Shown: positions 1-12,315 of the stretch, in pieces
Layout: each line of letters opens with the position of its first letter
Numbering within the stretch: position 1 is the stretch's first letter
Source: Chara braunii
Taxonomy: Eukaryota; Plantae; Charophyceae
Reading direction: 5' to 3'
Assembly: GCA_003427395.1 (NCBI GenBank)
Contig: BFEA01000020.1
Location: forward strand, 3,051,886-3,115,490
DNA length: 63,605 nt
Program-made: the position numbers and the translations under genes
Notes under the pieces: generated by a model
Told to the model about the DNA's origin: nothing
Database searches by the model: none
What the model saw: only the letters and a program-made list of their open reading frames with translations

Positions 1-97
1 CAAGAACTCTCAGCGCGCAGCCGCCGACGCCGCATCTGCCTCCACCTCATCCGCAGTCGTCGCCTCAGCCACCGCATCCACTCCATCTTCCCCCAAC

Positions 98-1664
98 GTG
101 GCCCAATCCTCCAGCATCAACATGACCGCCGTCAACACCCAGTCTGTTGAAAGCCTCGCCCGCGAACTTACGGGCGAACAAAGATCCGAGCCGACCATTG
201 CCACCGATATCGCCACCCTCATTCGCATGATGTCCTCTTTCCAAACGAACATCCGCACGTCCATCACCAAAACTGAAACCAATATCTCTGGCCTATCCAA
301 CCGTGTGACCTCTATCGAGCATCAAACCCCAACAATCACAGTGGTCACGACCACGGCACCCCCCTCTACGACCGTGCCCACATCCACCGCCCTCTCCGCT
401 AGCACGTCCTCCACACCCCCGCCTTCATCCACCACTACCTCCACCATAGTCACTCAGGCGAAAACCCGCGCCGTCACACAGTTGTCAACCATCCTCCCCC
501 AATCAAAACCCGTCTTGACTTCGTCCGTTATCACCTCCACCATCCCCAACTATACCCAGACTATTCCACAAGCTATGTAACCCCCTCTTCCTCTACTTCC
601 CCCAAATGCTCTCATCCCCACCAACCCCACCAATGATTTCACACTGGTCCACTCTTCCTCTCCCTCTGTTAATTTCAACGCCCTTGCCGCCACTAACCCC
701 AAAGAAGGGAAAATCCCCCCATCATTCCACGCCCCCATCATTCCACGGCAACGAGATTCCCACCTTCTCAGGCGAACCCCATGAGGATGTCTTCCTCTTT
801 CTCACCAAACTTCGACAAGCCTTCTCCCTCCATAGCATTCCTGCCGGCCACTAGCTCCCCATCGCTGGCGGCCAACTCCTAGACAACGTTGCTCGCTGGT
901 GGTACATCGAAATGACCAATTGCCATCACGTCAATCTCCGACCTCACACCTTCCTTAAGTGGGCCACCCTCATCACCTCCACCTTCCGCCCACAGAAAAC
1001 GGTCGACGACTACATCGACCAATTATGCCGCCTCCAACAAAACAGCCCAACCGACCGTTTTGTGCAATACGTCCGCTCGCTTCGTCAACATATCCCCATC
1101 GACGTCGTCAACGACTTCGCCTTCATCTCCTGCGTTAAGCGCGTATGCCGCAAAGAGCTAGCGGTCGTCCTTGTCCATGAGCCCCCCATGACCCTCGCCC
1201 ACCTCCTCACTCGTGCCCTCCAACTCGACCACATCCTCTCCCCCTACAAGACCGCACTTACATCGACCCTCGCTTCTTCCACAACATCGCCTACGGGGAC
1301 ACCACCTCCACCACCTCCTCGGAGGAGTTCACCGCCCCCGACCCTGACAACCTCTCCGATCAACTAGACACCACATCACTTTCCCAACGACGAACTCTCT
1401 GCTATTCACCTCATGCGAATGGAAAAGAGCGATTGCTCCTGCCGCCCTCCCCCGACCACCCTCCCGAGCCGCCTCAAGAAACTCACACCCGAGGAAAGAG
1501 CCCACCTTCAAGCAAAGGGTGGATGTTTCCGGTACCGTCAATTAGGCCACCTGCAAACAGGCAGCCCAAATGCTAGACATTTCACACGCCAGTCTGCAGC
1601 GCCCCGGCCCGTGACCTCCACATCACCCCCCTCGACAGGTCTCCGCCCCGGCATCGACGACTAG
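98..1664 (+). pseudogene. gag: gag, disrupted by stops and frameshifts
   Basis: S/T/P-rich N-terminus, IPTFSGEPHEDVFLFL capsid-like motif (606-854), retrotransposon gag-like core (912-1367), KLTPEERAHLQAKGGCFRYRQLGH degenerate CX2CX4HX4C knuckle (1413-1664). Confidence 0.85.
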
Positions 1665-1916
1665 TCTGTCGGCCACCCCATCGGTGACAATCTCCATCCC
1701 ACCAGTGGCCCATTTGGCATCGACAATACAGTCTGCCTCCCCCCTCTCTGGTGCCGCACCCCCCATTGGACGGCCCCCAGGCGTCGCAACCCTCGTCGCC
1801 TAACGCCCCCCTCACTGCCACTTGTTCCTCAACCATCCTGCTGAATCCATCCTTTGTCACTTTCTTTGATGTTGTTGAGGAACAAGCCCAACACGATCGG
1901 CTTGTTCGATTAGGCA

Positions 1917-2372
1917 ATGAACAACGTCGCCTCAACACCATTATCTCCACCGCCAACTCATCACGCTTTCACCTCAAATTCATCGCCGCCACCCTTGGTG
2001 TGTCTACGATTAAGTTTTGCACCCTCCTCGACATTGGAGCCGCCAAAAACTTCATCACCAACACGTATGTCCGGAAAGCTGGTCTTACCTCTACCAGATA
2101 CGACTCCCCCGATTACGATTCGTTTAGGGGACAAAGACACCGCCGTCATAGTAGACCGCACGGTTCCCGGGACCACCATGACTGTCGAAACCCTCCGCAG
2201 TCAGGTCTCATTCGATGTCATGCACTTAATGTGCGATATCGTTTTGGGAACACCATGGTTGGACCACTACATGCCATATGCATTCCCCCCAACTTCCTCC
2301 GCCTTACCAACCCCCCTGACACAACCATCGACATTCCCTATCTCCTCTATCTCACCTCCCCAAGCTCCGTGA
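1917..2372 (+). pseudogene. Retropepsin aspartic protease, frameshifted
   Basis: TLLDIGAAKNFI (degenerate D-S/T-G) in ORF 1751-2737, continuing as ITIRLGD...CDIVLGTPWL in ORF 1917-2372. Confidence 0.85.
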
Positions 2373-2519
2373 CCCCGCACCAATTCCTTCACATGGCTCC
2401 CACGAACCATGAATCCACCTACTATTGCCTTGTCCTTAATCGTGAGCGTCCCGAGAACTTGCTCCCAACAGACAAACCCGACCAAGCCCCCCCCTCCCCT
2501 CCATCCTCGACGAGTTCAA

Positions 2520-3880
2520 GGACGTCTTCCCTAAGTCCTTTGCCTGTTGGATTACCTCTGGATCGTGGCGTATCCCACACCATCGCTTGGAACCCGGCCA
2601 CCCTCCACCTTGCCGCCCTCCGTACCAACTCTCTGTTCCAGAAGCCGAAGAAACGAAGCGGCAACTCCATGAACTCCTTGAGAAAGGATTCATTAAGCCA
2701 AGTTCATCCCCCTTCCGCACAAGCTACCTTTTTGTAAAGAAAGGCGAAACATCGGAACTTCGGATGTGCACAGAGTACCGCGCCTTGAACCGGATCACGA
2801 TCAAGAACAAGTACCCACTACCTCAGATCTCCGAGATTCTCGATCGACTTCGTGGAGCCACATGTTTTACCAAGATCGACCTTCAAAATGGCTTCCACCA
2901 GATTCGCATCTGCGAGGAGGATACCCACAAGACCACCTCCCGTTCCCGATTCGGGCACTACAAATTCCTCGAGACGCCCTTCGGCCTCACAAACGCCCCC
3001 ACCACATTCCAATCTACGATGAATCACATTTTCCGCGACCTCCTCGAAGTCTGTGTCGTCATCTACCTCGATGATATCCTCGTCTATAGCCCCACCTTCG
3101 AGTCCCGCCTTCAGCATCTCCGCCAAGTCCTCTTTATCCTCAAAGAGCAAAAATTTTACGCCAAGCTCAGCAAATGCACATCGTCTCCGTTGAAGGTATC
3201 CGCATGGACCCATAGAAGGTCACCGCCCTCATCGAGCATCCACCTCCCAAGACCATACTCCAACTCCGATCATTTCTCGACCTTGCCAACTACTACCGCC
3301 CCTTTATCCGCAACTTCTCCGACATCTCATACCCTCTCCATGAACTCACCCACAAGCACGAACCCTTCACTTGGACACTCCACCAGGCAAATACCCCATT
3401 GCCTTCGCCAGCAAGAAACCCCTTCCCGCGGAAATGAATTACCCCTCCAACGAGAAGGAGCTCATCGTCGTGATCCACGCCCTCAAAGTCTGGCGCCCAT
3501 ACCTCGACGGGCAAACTTCACCGTCCGCACGGATAACACCATCGTCTCTTCTCTCCTAACAAAGAAAGACATTACCCCGCGACAAGCTCGCTGGTTAGAC
3601 TTTCTCGCCCAGTTCACCTTCACCATTTGCCATACACCCGGCAAAAGCAACCGTGTCGTCGATGCCCTCTCCCGGCGCCCCTATCACAAACCCCCTGACA
3701 AAGTTTACGCCACAATGACACATACCCAACTCCTCCCATCTCTTCACCATCGCTACACCCAAGGCTATCTCTCTTGCCCAGACTTCACCACCATCTACAA
3801 CATGCTTCGTGACCTCAACCCTGTCCCCGACAACTCCCTCCATGACAATCTCCTTTACATCAATACCAAAGGCACTCGCT
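2520..3880 (+). pseudogene. pol: Reverse transcriptase and RNase H of pol, frameshifted with deletions
   Basis: LRMCTEYRALNRITIKNKYPLP, KIDLQNGFHQIRI, PFGLTNAPTTFQ, YLDD; RNase H motifs PIAFASKK..AEMNY...EKEL, TDN, RQARWLDFL, NRVVDALSR. Confidence 0.95.
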
Positions 3881-3899
3881 GACTTTGCATCCCTGACGC

Positions 3900-4966
3900 A
3901 CGTGGTCTCCGTACCCAGCTCTTGGTCGAACACCACGATGCCAAGACTGTGGGTCATCTTGGGTTCCAGAAAACATTTAACACCATTTCTCGCTACTTTC
4001 ACTGGCCTTCCCTACTCGCCGACGTCAAAGCATACAAAGCATACATCCGCTCATGCTCCATGTATCAAGCCGTCAACCCCTTGAACCGCGCCAAGCCCGA
4101 CAAGCTACAATCATTGTCGATCCCCACCCACCGATGGCAATCCATCTCCATGGACTTCGTCTGCGGTCTCCCCAAGACCGACCGCGGACATGATTGCATC
4201 TATGTCATTGTTTGTCGCTTGACTAAACGCGCCCACTTCATCCCTTGCACCACATCGCACAACGCCAAGGATTTTGCCATTCTCTTCTTCGACCATGTCG
4301 CTCACCATCACGGTCTCCCTGAGAACATCATCAGCGACTGTGACCCTCGCTTCCTTTCACAATTTTGGAAACCTCTTTAAAGCCTATGGAACCACGCTAA
4401 AGTATAGCACTGCATTCCACCCACAGACCGATGGACAAACCGAGAAGATGAACGATACTCTCCAAAGAATCTTGCGGAAGTATTGTCATCCGCATCGACA
4501 CGACTGGGATCAGTTGCTCACCGCCGCCGAGATCGCCTACAACAACGCTATCTGTCTTTCCACTGCCATAACTCCATTCTACCTTGACCTTGGCTATCAC
4601 CCACGCTTGCCCTCCGATTTCCTGCTCCCCTCGCAACCCAACCCCTCCACTCCCTGCCCTTCTCTCAACGAATGGGTAACAACAATGAATCGACTCCTCA
4701 GAGAAGCAACCGAAGCCCTTGAAAGAACACAAGAACAACAAGCAAACAAGACTAACAAACACCGATGTGACTTGCAATTCAAAGTAGGGGACAAAGTTTG
4801 GCTCTCTGCCAAATGCTTTGAACCTGAACAAGGCTTGTCCACGAAACTCTCCAACAAGTGGCTCAGACCCTTCCCCGTCATTGAGCAAACCTCCCCCGTC
4901 AACTACAAACTCCAACTCCCCCCTAACATGAGTCGTGTCCATCCAGATTCCATATCGAATACCTAA
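3900..4966 (+). pseudogene. Integrase (HHCC zinc, DDE core, GPY/F region)
   Basis: HHDAKTVGHLG...CSMYQ, WQSISMDFVCGLP, IISDCDPRF, STAFHPQTDGQTEKMN, FKVGDKVWL...KWLRPF. Confidence 0.93.
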
Positions 4967-5028
4967 AAGAATACCATGAATCCCCACCCCAATTCGATGA
5001 CCGCCCATATCCTAGACCTCCACCAATC

Positions 5029-5235
5029 ATGTTACCCACAAGCCCTAAATTCGTTGACGAAGCCATCACAGGACGAAGAACTACTCCTGTATCTCACCAT
5101 CGTGAACCAATCACAGAATACAAAGTTAAATGGACAGGATACCCTGACCAAGAATCTACATGGGAACCTCTTGCTAACCTTAAGAATGCTATGAAGCTTG
5201 TTCGCGCCTATGATCGTGCTCACCCAATATCCTAG
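5029..5235 (+). pseudogene. Integrase C-terminal chromodomain
   Basis: EYKVKWTGYPDQESTWEPLANLKNAMKLVRAYD matches the chromodomain pattern Y.VKW.GY....TWEP..NL. Confidence 0.9.
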
Positions 5236-5891
5236 ATACATACTATAACTCAAAACCCAAACCCTTGCATAAATCCCGCCTCGACCCCGCCCAACCCCGC
5301 ATTCCTGCTCTACACACACCCCTGTACGGACTCGGCCAGGGCTCGATCCCTGGTCTGCGGGTTACCACCAGCCACGCTGCTATTTTATTATGAGTTCATG
5401 ATTTCCAGTTTTGCAGTTGGCACCCGCTCTCAAATTCCTCCACTGGCATTTTCGGATTTCGATACTTGGCGCCATCCGGCATTTTGGCACCCAGACGCAG
5501 ACTTGTTATCCTCAGTTCAATCCTGAGTCAAGCCGCGCCTCGGCCCTCCAAACTGAGCCTAAGTCCGGTACTTAAGTCCGAACTAAAGCCCAGTTGGGGC
5601 ATTCAGTCTTCGGCCTCAATGCTTGTGCTTCAATGTGACTTCCCGGACTTTGTCTTCGGAATCCAAGATTGCGACTTTGTGATTTTGAGACTTTGTCACT
5701 TTGTGTCTGCGTCCATCGTGTCCAGTCGTGTCCGAGTCGAGTGTGTGTGTGTGTTCTCCCTCTCTCTCTCTCTCTCCCTCCCTCGACCTCTCTGCTCTGC
5801 CTCGGTCTCGTCACACGCATGCAATGAAGTAGGTGAGCTCTCCGCTTCTTCTGCTTCAAGTCTTCTTCTTATTATTCTTTTTTTTTTTTTT

Positions 5892-5893
<2 letters not shown>

Positions 5894-5948
<55 letters not shown>

Positions 5949-6080
5949 NNNNNNNNNNNNNNNNNNNNNNNNNNNNNNNNNNNNNNNNNNNNNNNNNNNN
6001 NNNNNNNNNNNNNNNNNNNNNNNNNNNNNNNNNNNNNNNNNNNNNNNNNNNNNNNNNNNNNNNNNNNNNNNNNNNNNNNN

Positions 6081-6120
<40 letters not shown>

Positions 6121-6187
6121 CGCGTGTGTCTATCTGTGTGCGTGTTTGTGTGTGCGTGTGTGCGCGCATGTGTGTGTGTGTGTGTGT
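5894..6187. repeat. (CT)n and (GT)n microsatellites flanking an N-gap
   Basis: Direct reading. Similar (CT/GA)n tracts, often next to gaps, occur near 7963-8477, 10075-10139, 12117-12187, 14214-14262, 34423-34908, 37466-37631, 58552-58639 and 59150-59356. Confidence 0.95.
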
Positions 6188-6788
6188 ATTTGTACTCTTT
6201 ATTGTCCTTTTCCCTTCTTGTTCTTCCGTAACTTTTATCGACTGTTTTCTTCTTGTTTTTCTCTTTCCATCGTTCTTCAAGTTTTCTTGTCTTTTTCAAT
6301 TCATAATTCAGTATTCTTGTTACGTTGATCATCCTCCTATGTGAGATAGAGCTACTAGGCTAAGCCACACCGCCCTTAAACCACTCCTCACGGCCCTTTG
6401 CGAGCTTCCTCCTCTCCCCTTCTCTGCCCGACTTCCCCTTCCCCCATCTCCCTCATCTTCACACCATTACTCTCCACTAGCCCAACTATCACTTTCACCC
6501 TGTTGACACCTATTCCACCCAGATCCCCCCCAGCCTTCCTCCTATCTCTTCCCCATCTCCACCATCAGCACCCATTCTAACTCCCCCTACTGACAGTCTC
6601 TGACCTATCTCCCCCATGGGCCATGGCATTCCCCCGTGACTTTCCCCAATTTCCACCCATGTGTACTCCCCCTACTTCACCCATCCCTCCCCCCCATCTC
6701 ATCTCCCCATACTTCTGTCTGTCTTTCCCCCATTGCCCCCATGAACTTCCCCCCTGACTTTCCCCTCGACTTACCCTGTTTGCCACCC

Positions 6789-6950
6789 CCCGCTCCCCTT
6801 AATGCTGCTTGTCCTTTCCCGTCTCTCCTGCATCTCGACCCATCCGCTCCCCTTACTGCTTGTCCCTTCCCGTCTCTCCTGCATCTCGACCCATCCGCTC
6901 CCCTTACTGCTGGTTGTCCCTCCCCGTCCCTCCCGCATCTCGACCCATCC
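6789..6950 (+). repeat. ~55-60 bp tandem repeat, about 3 copies, in C/T-rich sequence
   Basis: Unit ccgctccccttactgcttgtcccttcccgtctctcctgcatctcgacccat repeated. Confidence 0.85.
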
Positions 6951-7960
6951 TAACCCCCCCTACTTCCACCGGTCCCTCCCATCTTCCCCACCACCTTCTC
7001 CTTGACTTTCTGCCATCTCGACCAATCCCTACTTCCCCATCTCTGTCGATCCCGACTCCCCCTACTTCCTTCCATCCCTCCCCCGTCTGCCCAACGACTT
7101 CCCCCCAACTTTCCCCCATCTCCGCCCATCCCGGGTCCCCCTACTTCTGCCCATCCCTTTCCCACCTCCCACCCAACTTTCTCCCCAGATTGCCGATGCA
7201 TTAAGTCTTTTCAGCCCACAATCCTGCATGTCGTCTGCAGGCTGTCTTTCCCCACAGCAATGAGCGCGCCCACCCCCCCCCACACACACATTTCTCCCCA
7301 GATTGTCGATGCAGTATGTCTTTTCCGCCCGCAATCCTGCCTGCTGTTTGCATGCTGTCTTTCCCCACAGCAGCGCGTTTTCCCGACCCCCACCCCCACC
7401 CCTACCCCTTCACCCCTTGGAGCTCACGTTGCAAAGAAAGAAAAAGACCAGGATTTGGGCACAGGGCGCACAAATACCCAACCAACAGTCTCCAGGAAAA
7501 AGAAGCCGATCAAATTGCCTCGCCCAAGTACTCCGGGCAGGTGGGTCCGGAATCACCTGGGCCCAGGTGGCCCTGCTGGGTGACTATGGTAGCCTGTGAA
7601 AGAATTGTGTGGTCAAGTTGGAACCAGAAACCTTGGGCAACCTCTCAAAGAAACACCGTTAGAAGAATTTTCGTACAGCAGTGCGCCACCAGAAACAAAA
7701 CTAGCTTTCACTGCAAACTCATAAGTGGTTCTGAAGGGGAGCAAGGCATAGCCAGACTCACATCACCAAAGCAAAGGAGCCCCAGTTCTTTCAGGATGTA
7801 TGAAGATATGCACCAACAGGGGGAGGGAAACGCGTTAGTGCATAGAACAGCTGTACAGAGGAGAATTACACAGTGTTCCTGAAAGCAAGGACACTACCAC
7901 CAAAGCATGGAGCTCAGTTTTGTCGAGCCACATCAATGTACCCGCTAATGACCAGCAACG

Positions 7961-8010
<50 letters not shown>

Positions 8011-8430
8011 NNNNNNNNNNNNNNNNNNNNNNNNNNNNNNNNNNNNNNNNNNNNNNNNNNNNNNNNNNNNNNNNNNNNNNNNNNNNNNNNNNNNNNNNNN
8101 NNNNNNNNNNNNNNNNNNNNNNNNNNNNNNNNNNNNNNNNNNNNNNNNNNNNNNNNNNNNNNNNNNNNNNNNNNNNNNNNNNNNNNNNNNNNNNNNNNNN
8201 NNNNNNNNNNNNNNNNNNNNNNNNNNNNNNNNNNNNNNNNNNNNNNNNNNNNNNNNNNNNNNNNNNNNNNNNNNNNNNNNNNNNNNNNNNNNNNNNNNNN
8301 NNNNNNNNNNNNNNNNNNNNNNNNNNNNNNNNNNNNNNNNNNNNNNNNNNNNNNNNNNNNNNNNNNNNNNNNNNNNNNNNNNNNNNNNNNNNNNNNNNNN
8401 NNNNNNNNNNNNNNNNNNNNNNNNNNNNNN

Positions 8431-8481
<51 letters not shown>

Positions 8482-8746
8482 TTCAACCATTGACATGTGA
8501 GGAGATTTGCTATGTCAAAGACAGAATCCGGCCCTAGGGTCAAGGTAGTCCAGTCCCACGTAGAACCCCTGTAGCATAGGGTGACAGTGTCTAGTAAGTC
8601 TGGTCCCAGGTCGAATCCATGTAGCATAGGGCCAGACAATTCAGTCCTTTTGGTCCGCTACCTGTGAAAATCGGTGTTCGTGGGTTCCAAGGATGTCAGC
8701 AAAAGGATGTCAGCAAACATCCTGGAAACGGATCGTCCAACATCAA

Positions 8747-8913
8747 AGCAGCTAAGTGGATATGCACATCTTGCTCCCCAATGCTGAGGTTACAGGAAGG
8801 CGCTACCCATCCCAGGACGAGCCAGACATTCTCCAGCATGCAAGCACGGATTCGAACCGGCGACCTCAGCCTCAAGAGCCAAGTATCTTAACCACTACAG
8901 CCAGGACATGGTG
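8747..8913 (-). mobile_element. tRNA-derived SINE, copy 1
   Basis: Minus strand reads TGGCTGTAGTGGTTAAG (Pol III A box) ... GGTTCGAATCC (B box) followed by a non-tRNA tail. Homologous to 9124-9290. Confidence 0.8.
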
Positions 8914-9123
8914 TTCAAAAGTGGAACCATACAGGTCGTGGTATTCACCCCACCCCTGCACGGCTGTAGTGTCCAACTCAACACACCACACACAACACCA
9001 CACAGACACGGCAAATTCTTGCACAACTCGCTCTTGCCAATCAGCACAAACCCTTACCATTGATACTCCCTCCTGTCCACCTATACGGGCCACATCTATC
9101 CCACGGTTGACGGGTGCTTCCAC

Positions 9124-9290
9124 AGCAGCTAAGTGGATCTGCACATCATGCTCCCCAACGCTGAGGTTACAGGAAGGCACTACCCATCCCACCACGAGCC
9201 CGACGTCCTCCACCGTGCAAGCACAGATTCGAACCGACAACCTCGGCCACAAGAGCCAGGTATCTTAACCACTACAGCCAGGACACGGTG
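9124..9290 (-). mobile_element. tRNA-derived SINE, copy 2
   Basis: Minus-strand head CACCGTG-TCCTGGCTGTAGTGGTTAAG...GGTTCGAATCT...CACGGTG has an acceptor-stem-like closure plus A and B boxes. The tail is shared with copy 1. Confidence 0.8.
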
Positions 9291-10070
9291 GTCTGACAGA
9301 ACGGAGAGGATCGTCCCATAGAAAAGGGCAAGAGCAGTTGATGCAGTTTATCAATTCCACTCATGCTTGCCGTGAAAGTGCTGCTCCACTCCAGTTCGAC
9401 CAAGTGCGAGTGCAAGAGTCAGAGAGACAGAAAGAGAGAGAGTGCGAGCCATGGTAGCTTAGTAGTCGACAAGCACTCGGAGCCATAGCTGTAGATGTAC
9501 CATAGATAGAAGAAGACATTCAGAAAGGCAGACAGAGTGGCCTGAGTGCCGAACCATGAGGGAGTTCTTCTTATTGGTGGTGCTGGCGCCTAGCCACAGA
9601 CTTGTTTGCATAATGCGGTGCCTTCCAGATCCTATCGGGTGGCTTTGGATTTTGTCTCTCTGTGTGTAGTGAAGTGTGCAACTCAGTGTGAACATGCGAT
9701 GTAGTTTTCAGGCAGTGAGTCCAGCTCATTACATACATACACTTCCACTCTGTGTTTTATTTCCGACATCTTAATGTAAATTGGATACAATATTACCATC
9801 TGAAAACATGAAGACAATGGACGAATCACGGGACGAGCGAAGGTAGTCTAGTCATCTGCCACTCTTACATTTGTCATCTCGAAGGTAGCCTGTCACAAAA
9901 ATTGTCCAACCACTTTTCACTCTAAAAGCCTCACAGGCAACTGTGGCATTTATCAGCCTCCAAAAATTTAGAAGGCTTGGCCTTGTAAACAGGGCCCACA
10001 TGTAGGCTGACCATCTCCGAGCAAAAAGGTAAGCAATGGTCCGGGAGGCTCCTTAAGTGGGGCTTTGCCC

Positions 10071-10139
<69 letters not shown>

Positions 10140-10559
10140 NNNNNNNNNNNNNNNNNNNNNNNNNNNNNNNNNNNNNNNNNNNNNNNNNNNNNNNNNNNNN
10201 NNNNNNNNNNNNNNNNNNNNNNNNNNNNNNNNNNNNNNNNNNNNNNNNNNNNNNNNNNNNNNNNNNNNNNNNNNNNNNNNNNNNNNNNNNNNNNNNNNNN
10301 NNNNNNNNNNNNNNCCCCCCCTCCTCCACGAGGATACCAATAACCTACATGATTCAAGAGGCTACATGCTTTCTGCCCGGCATTATACGTTCAAACTTCC
10401 AAGTCCCTATCTATAAGAGATCCACAGTTCCACCAAGGGGAAACACCGATGAGACAAGGGAACTCGACAAAACATAGAAACAAAGTCACGCATCAGAGGA
10501 TTTGTGCAGCAAGGAAGAGAAGGTCATGCATTCCTACATCTGACTACAGGTGAAACCAG

Positions 10560-10960
10560 GCACATCGAAGATGCAACGACAGAGGACTGACGGGAGAACA
10601 GTACAGCTACTTGGACCCTGACTGGCTGGTTCCATTCTTTGGTTGTGTCAATAGTCCCTATCATCTTCAAATAAAACATATGGCCATTATAGCTGTATTT
10701 GGGGCAACTATCGGTCTATAGATAACAGGGACAATGACCATGTGTTGTAGTCAGGGGAAGACAGCAGGAGCTTTGTACACTCACCACGTCATTATCAAGC
10801 TGCTCTCTCGATGGTATAGGGGGCTCGTAAGAGTTGGCGGTGAGGCTAGGAAGATTTGCCCTCCACATTCAAATCAGGGAGATCATGGGACAAGGTTCCC
10901 CTCTTCAGACCTATTCCTGCTCTGATGGACAGAGCAGCTCCATTGGACAGATAACCACCC
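10560..10960 (+). pseudogene. Highly decayed non-LTR (LINE) reverse transcriptase fragment
   Basis: Ordered motif remnants across frames: DGRTVQLL (PGPDG-like), GNYRSI (NYRPI-like), LVRVGG, GQGSPL../DLFLL (QGxPLSxxLFxL). Confidence 0.5.
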
Positions 10961-12115
10961 AGAGGACACACTGGAACTACGACTAATTCAACTTGTCTGT
11001 GGACATGATAGCCATCAGGTGCATCCAGGCCTGACCGTAAAACTGGTCACATACATCCAGGAAATTACCCATGGCGGGAAGTCAGTTTGAATGCTGTGGG
11101 ACCACTGCAAACCGTCCATCCTGGAGGAAACTGAGGGTGGGATTACACATCCGGCCTTCTGGGGAGGGGAGCCAGCTGGGTGCCGCATTCTGAATGGTTT
11201 AGGGGTCATTTGGAAAAGGGAGGGAGAGGTATGGCCGTATAGCATTTTGTTTGTTCTATTTCAAGTGGCTTTCTTCACAGCTTTTTCCTCTTCAATTATT
11301 GCAGTGAATACGAAAGGGCAGCTTTTCATACATTTCAGGGGTGTGCTTTGTGTCAGTGACTTGTATCTTTGTGTCACTGACTGACTGCAGACAAGTCGAG
11401 GCCCGAGGATATTGATTGGCCATTTAAGGGAATACGACGTGCGCAGTGTTTTGAAATGACCAAGGGACTGATGGGACTAGCTCACATGGTACAACCACGA
11501 AATGCTGAAATGCAGACCTCAGTTCAAATCCTGAAGGAACTCGGTGAAAACTGCACGTTAGAGGTACCAGCACGCTAAAGACGTCGGAGCGCGGATACAG
11601 CACTGTGAAGCGGTTAGGAGTTTGTGTCAGCTTCGGGTGCAAAGCGCACCTCTGTGCAAAGACATTAACCAATGCAAACCGAACCAGCATGGCCCACAGA
11701 AACTTGCATTCAGGTCAAAACCTCAACCACCTTGCAGCACCGAGGTTGTCGAAATGATGTTGCAGCGAGACCGGCAAACTGGGACATCTCAGGAATTGGT
11801 CGGGCGGCTATGCGAAGTTGCAAGGTTTTATCGATCTGGCGAACTGGTTTTGGATGGCTTGTCAATTCTCGGCAAAGTTGAAGGGTTTGTCAAGCTGACG
11901 AACTGGTGTTGGATGGCCTCTCGAATCTCAGTTGCTATCTGGTCGACGTTTTGTGTGCCTGTTTTCTCTTTTACTCCCCACTGAGGGTTTTCCTGCAAAG
12001 CTCGATAGTCTGGAATCATATGACTGGCAATTGACAAACTGTATACATGCGGCCCACAAGTAAGTCCGGATACAGCCTTCCCTTCTTTTTCTTTTTTTTT
12101 TGGCTGTGCAACCGT

Positions 12116-12187
<72 letters not shown>

Positions 12188-12277
12188 NNNNNNNNNNNNN
12201 NNNNNNNNNNNNNNNNNNNNNNNNNNNNNNNNNNNNNNNNNNNAGCTGAGACTTCCCGCAGGCAAGAGCCTATATGC

Positions 12278-12315
12278 CTGTCTCTTATACACATCTAGAT
12301 GTGTATAAGAGACAG
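12278..12315. other. Nextera mate-pair junction adapter (assembly contamination)
   Basis: Exact CTGTCTCTTATACACATCT-AGATGTGTATAAGAGACAG, an inverted pair of Tn5 mosaic ends. Confidence 0.98.

Larger units (their letters stand above)
1..5235 (+). mobile_element. Degenerate Ty3/Gypsy LTR retrotransposon (chromovirus type), internal gag-pol region
   Basis: Domain order gag - Zn knuckle - protease - RT - RNase H - integrase - chromodomain across frameshifted ORFs. The 5' end lies outside the window and no convincing PPT or 3' LTR was identified. Confidence 0.95.

Noticed and set aside
5236-5760. 3' LTR of the chromovirus
   Set aside because: No polypurine tract after the chromodomain and no second LTR copy in the window to confirm boundaries.
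5466-8639. ORFs with poly-ER/LS/CV tracts
   Set aside because: Microsatellite and N-gap read-through with no protein signal.
9211-9290. Functional tRNA gene
   Set aside because: Anticodon and T arms are irregular and a second diverged copy shares a long non-tRNA tail, which fits a SINE.
12278-12315. Genuine Tn5/IS50 transposon ends
   Set aside because: Exact back-to-back synthetic mosaic ends equal the Nextera mate-pair junction adapter; the same applies to 34534-34571.
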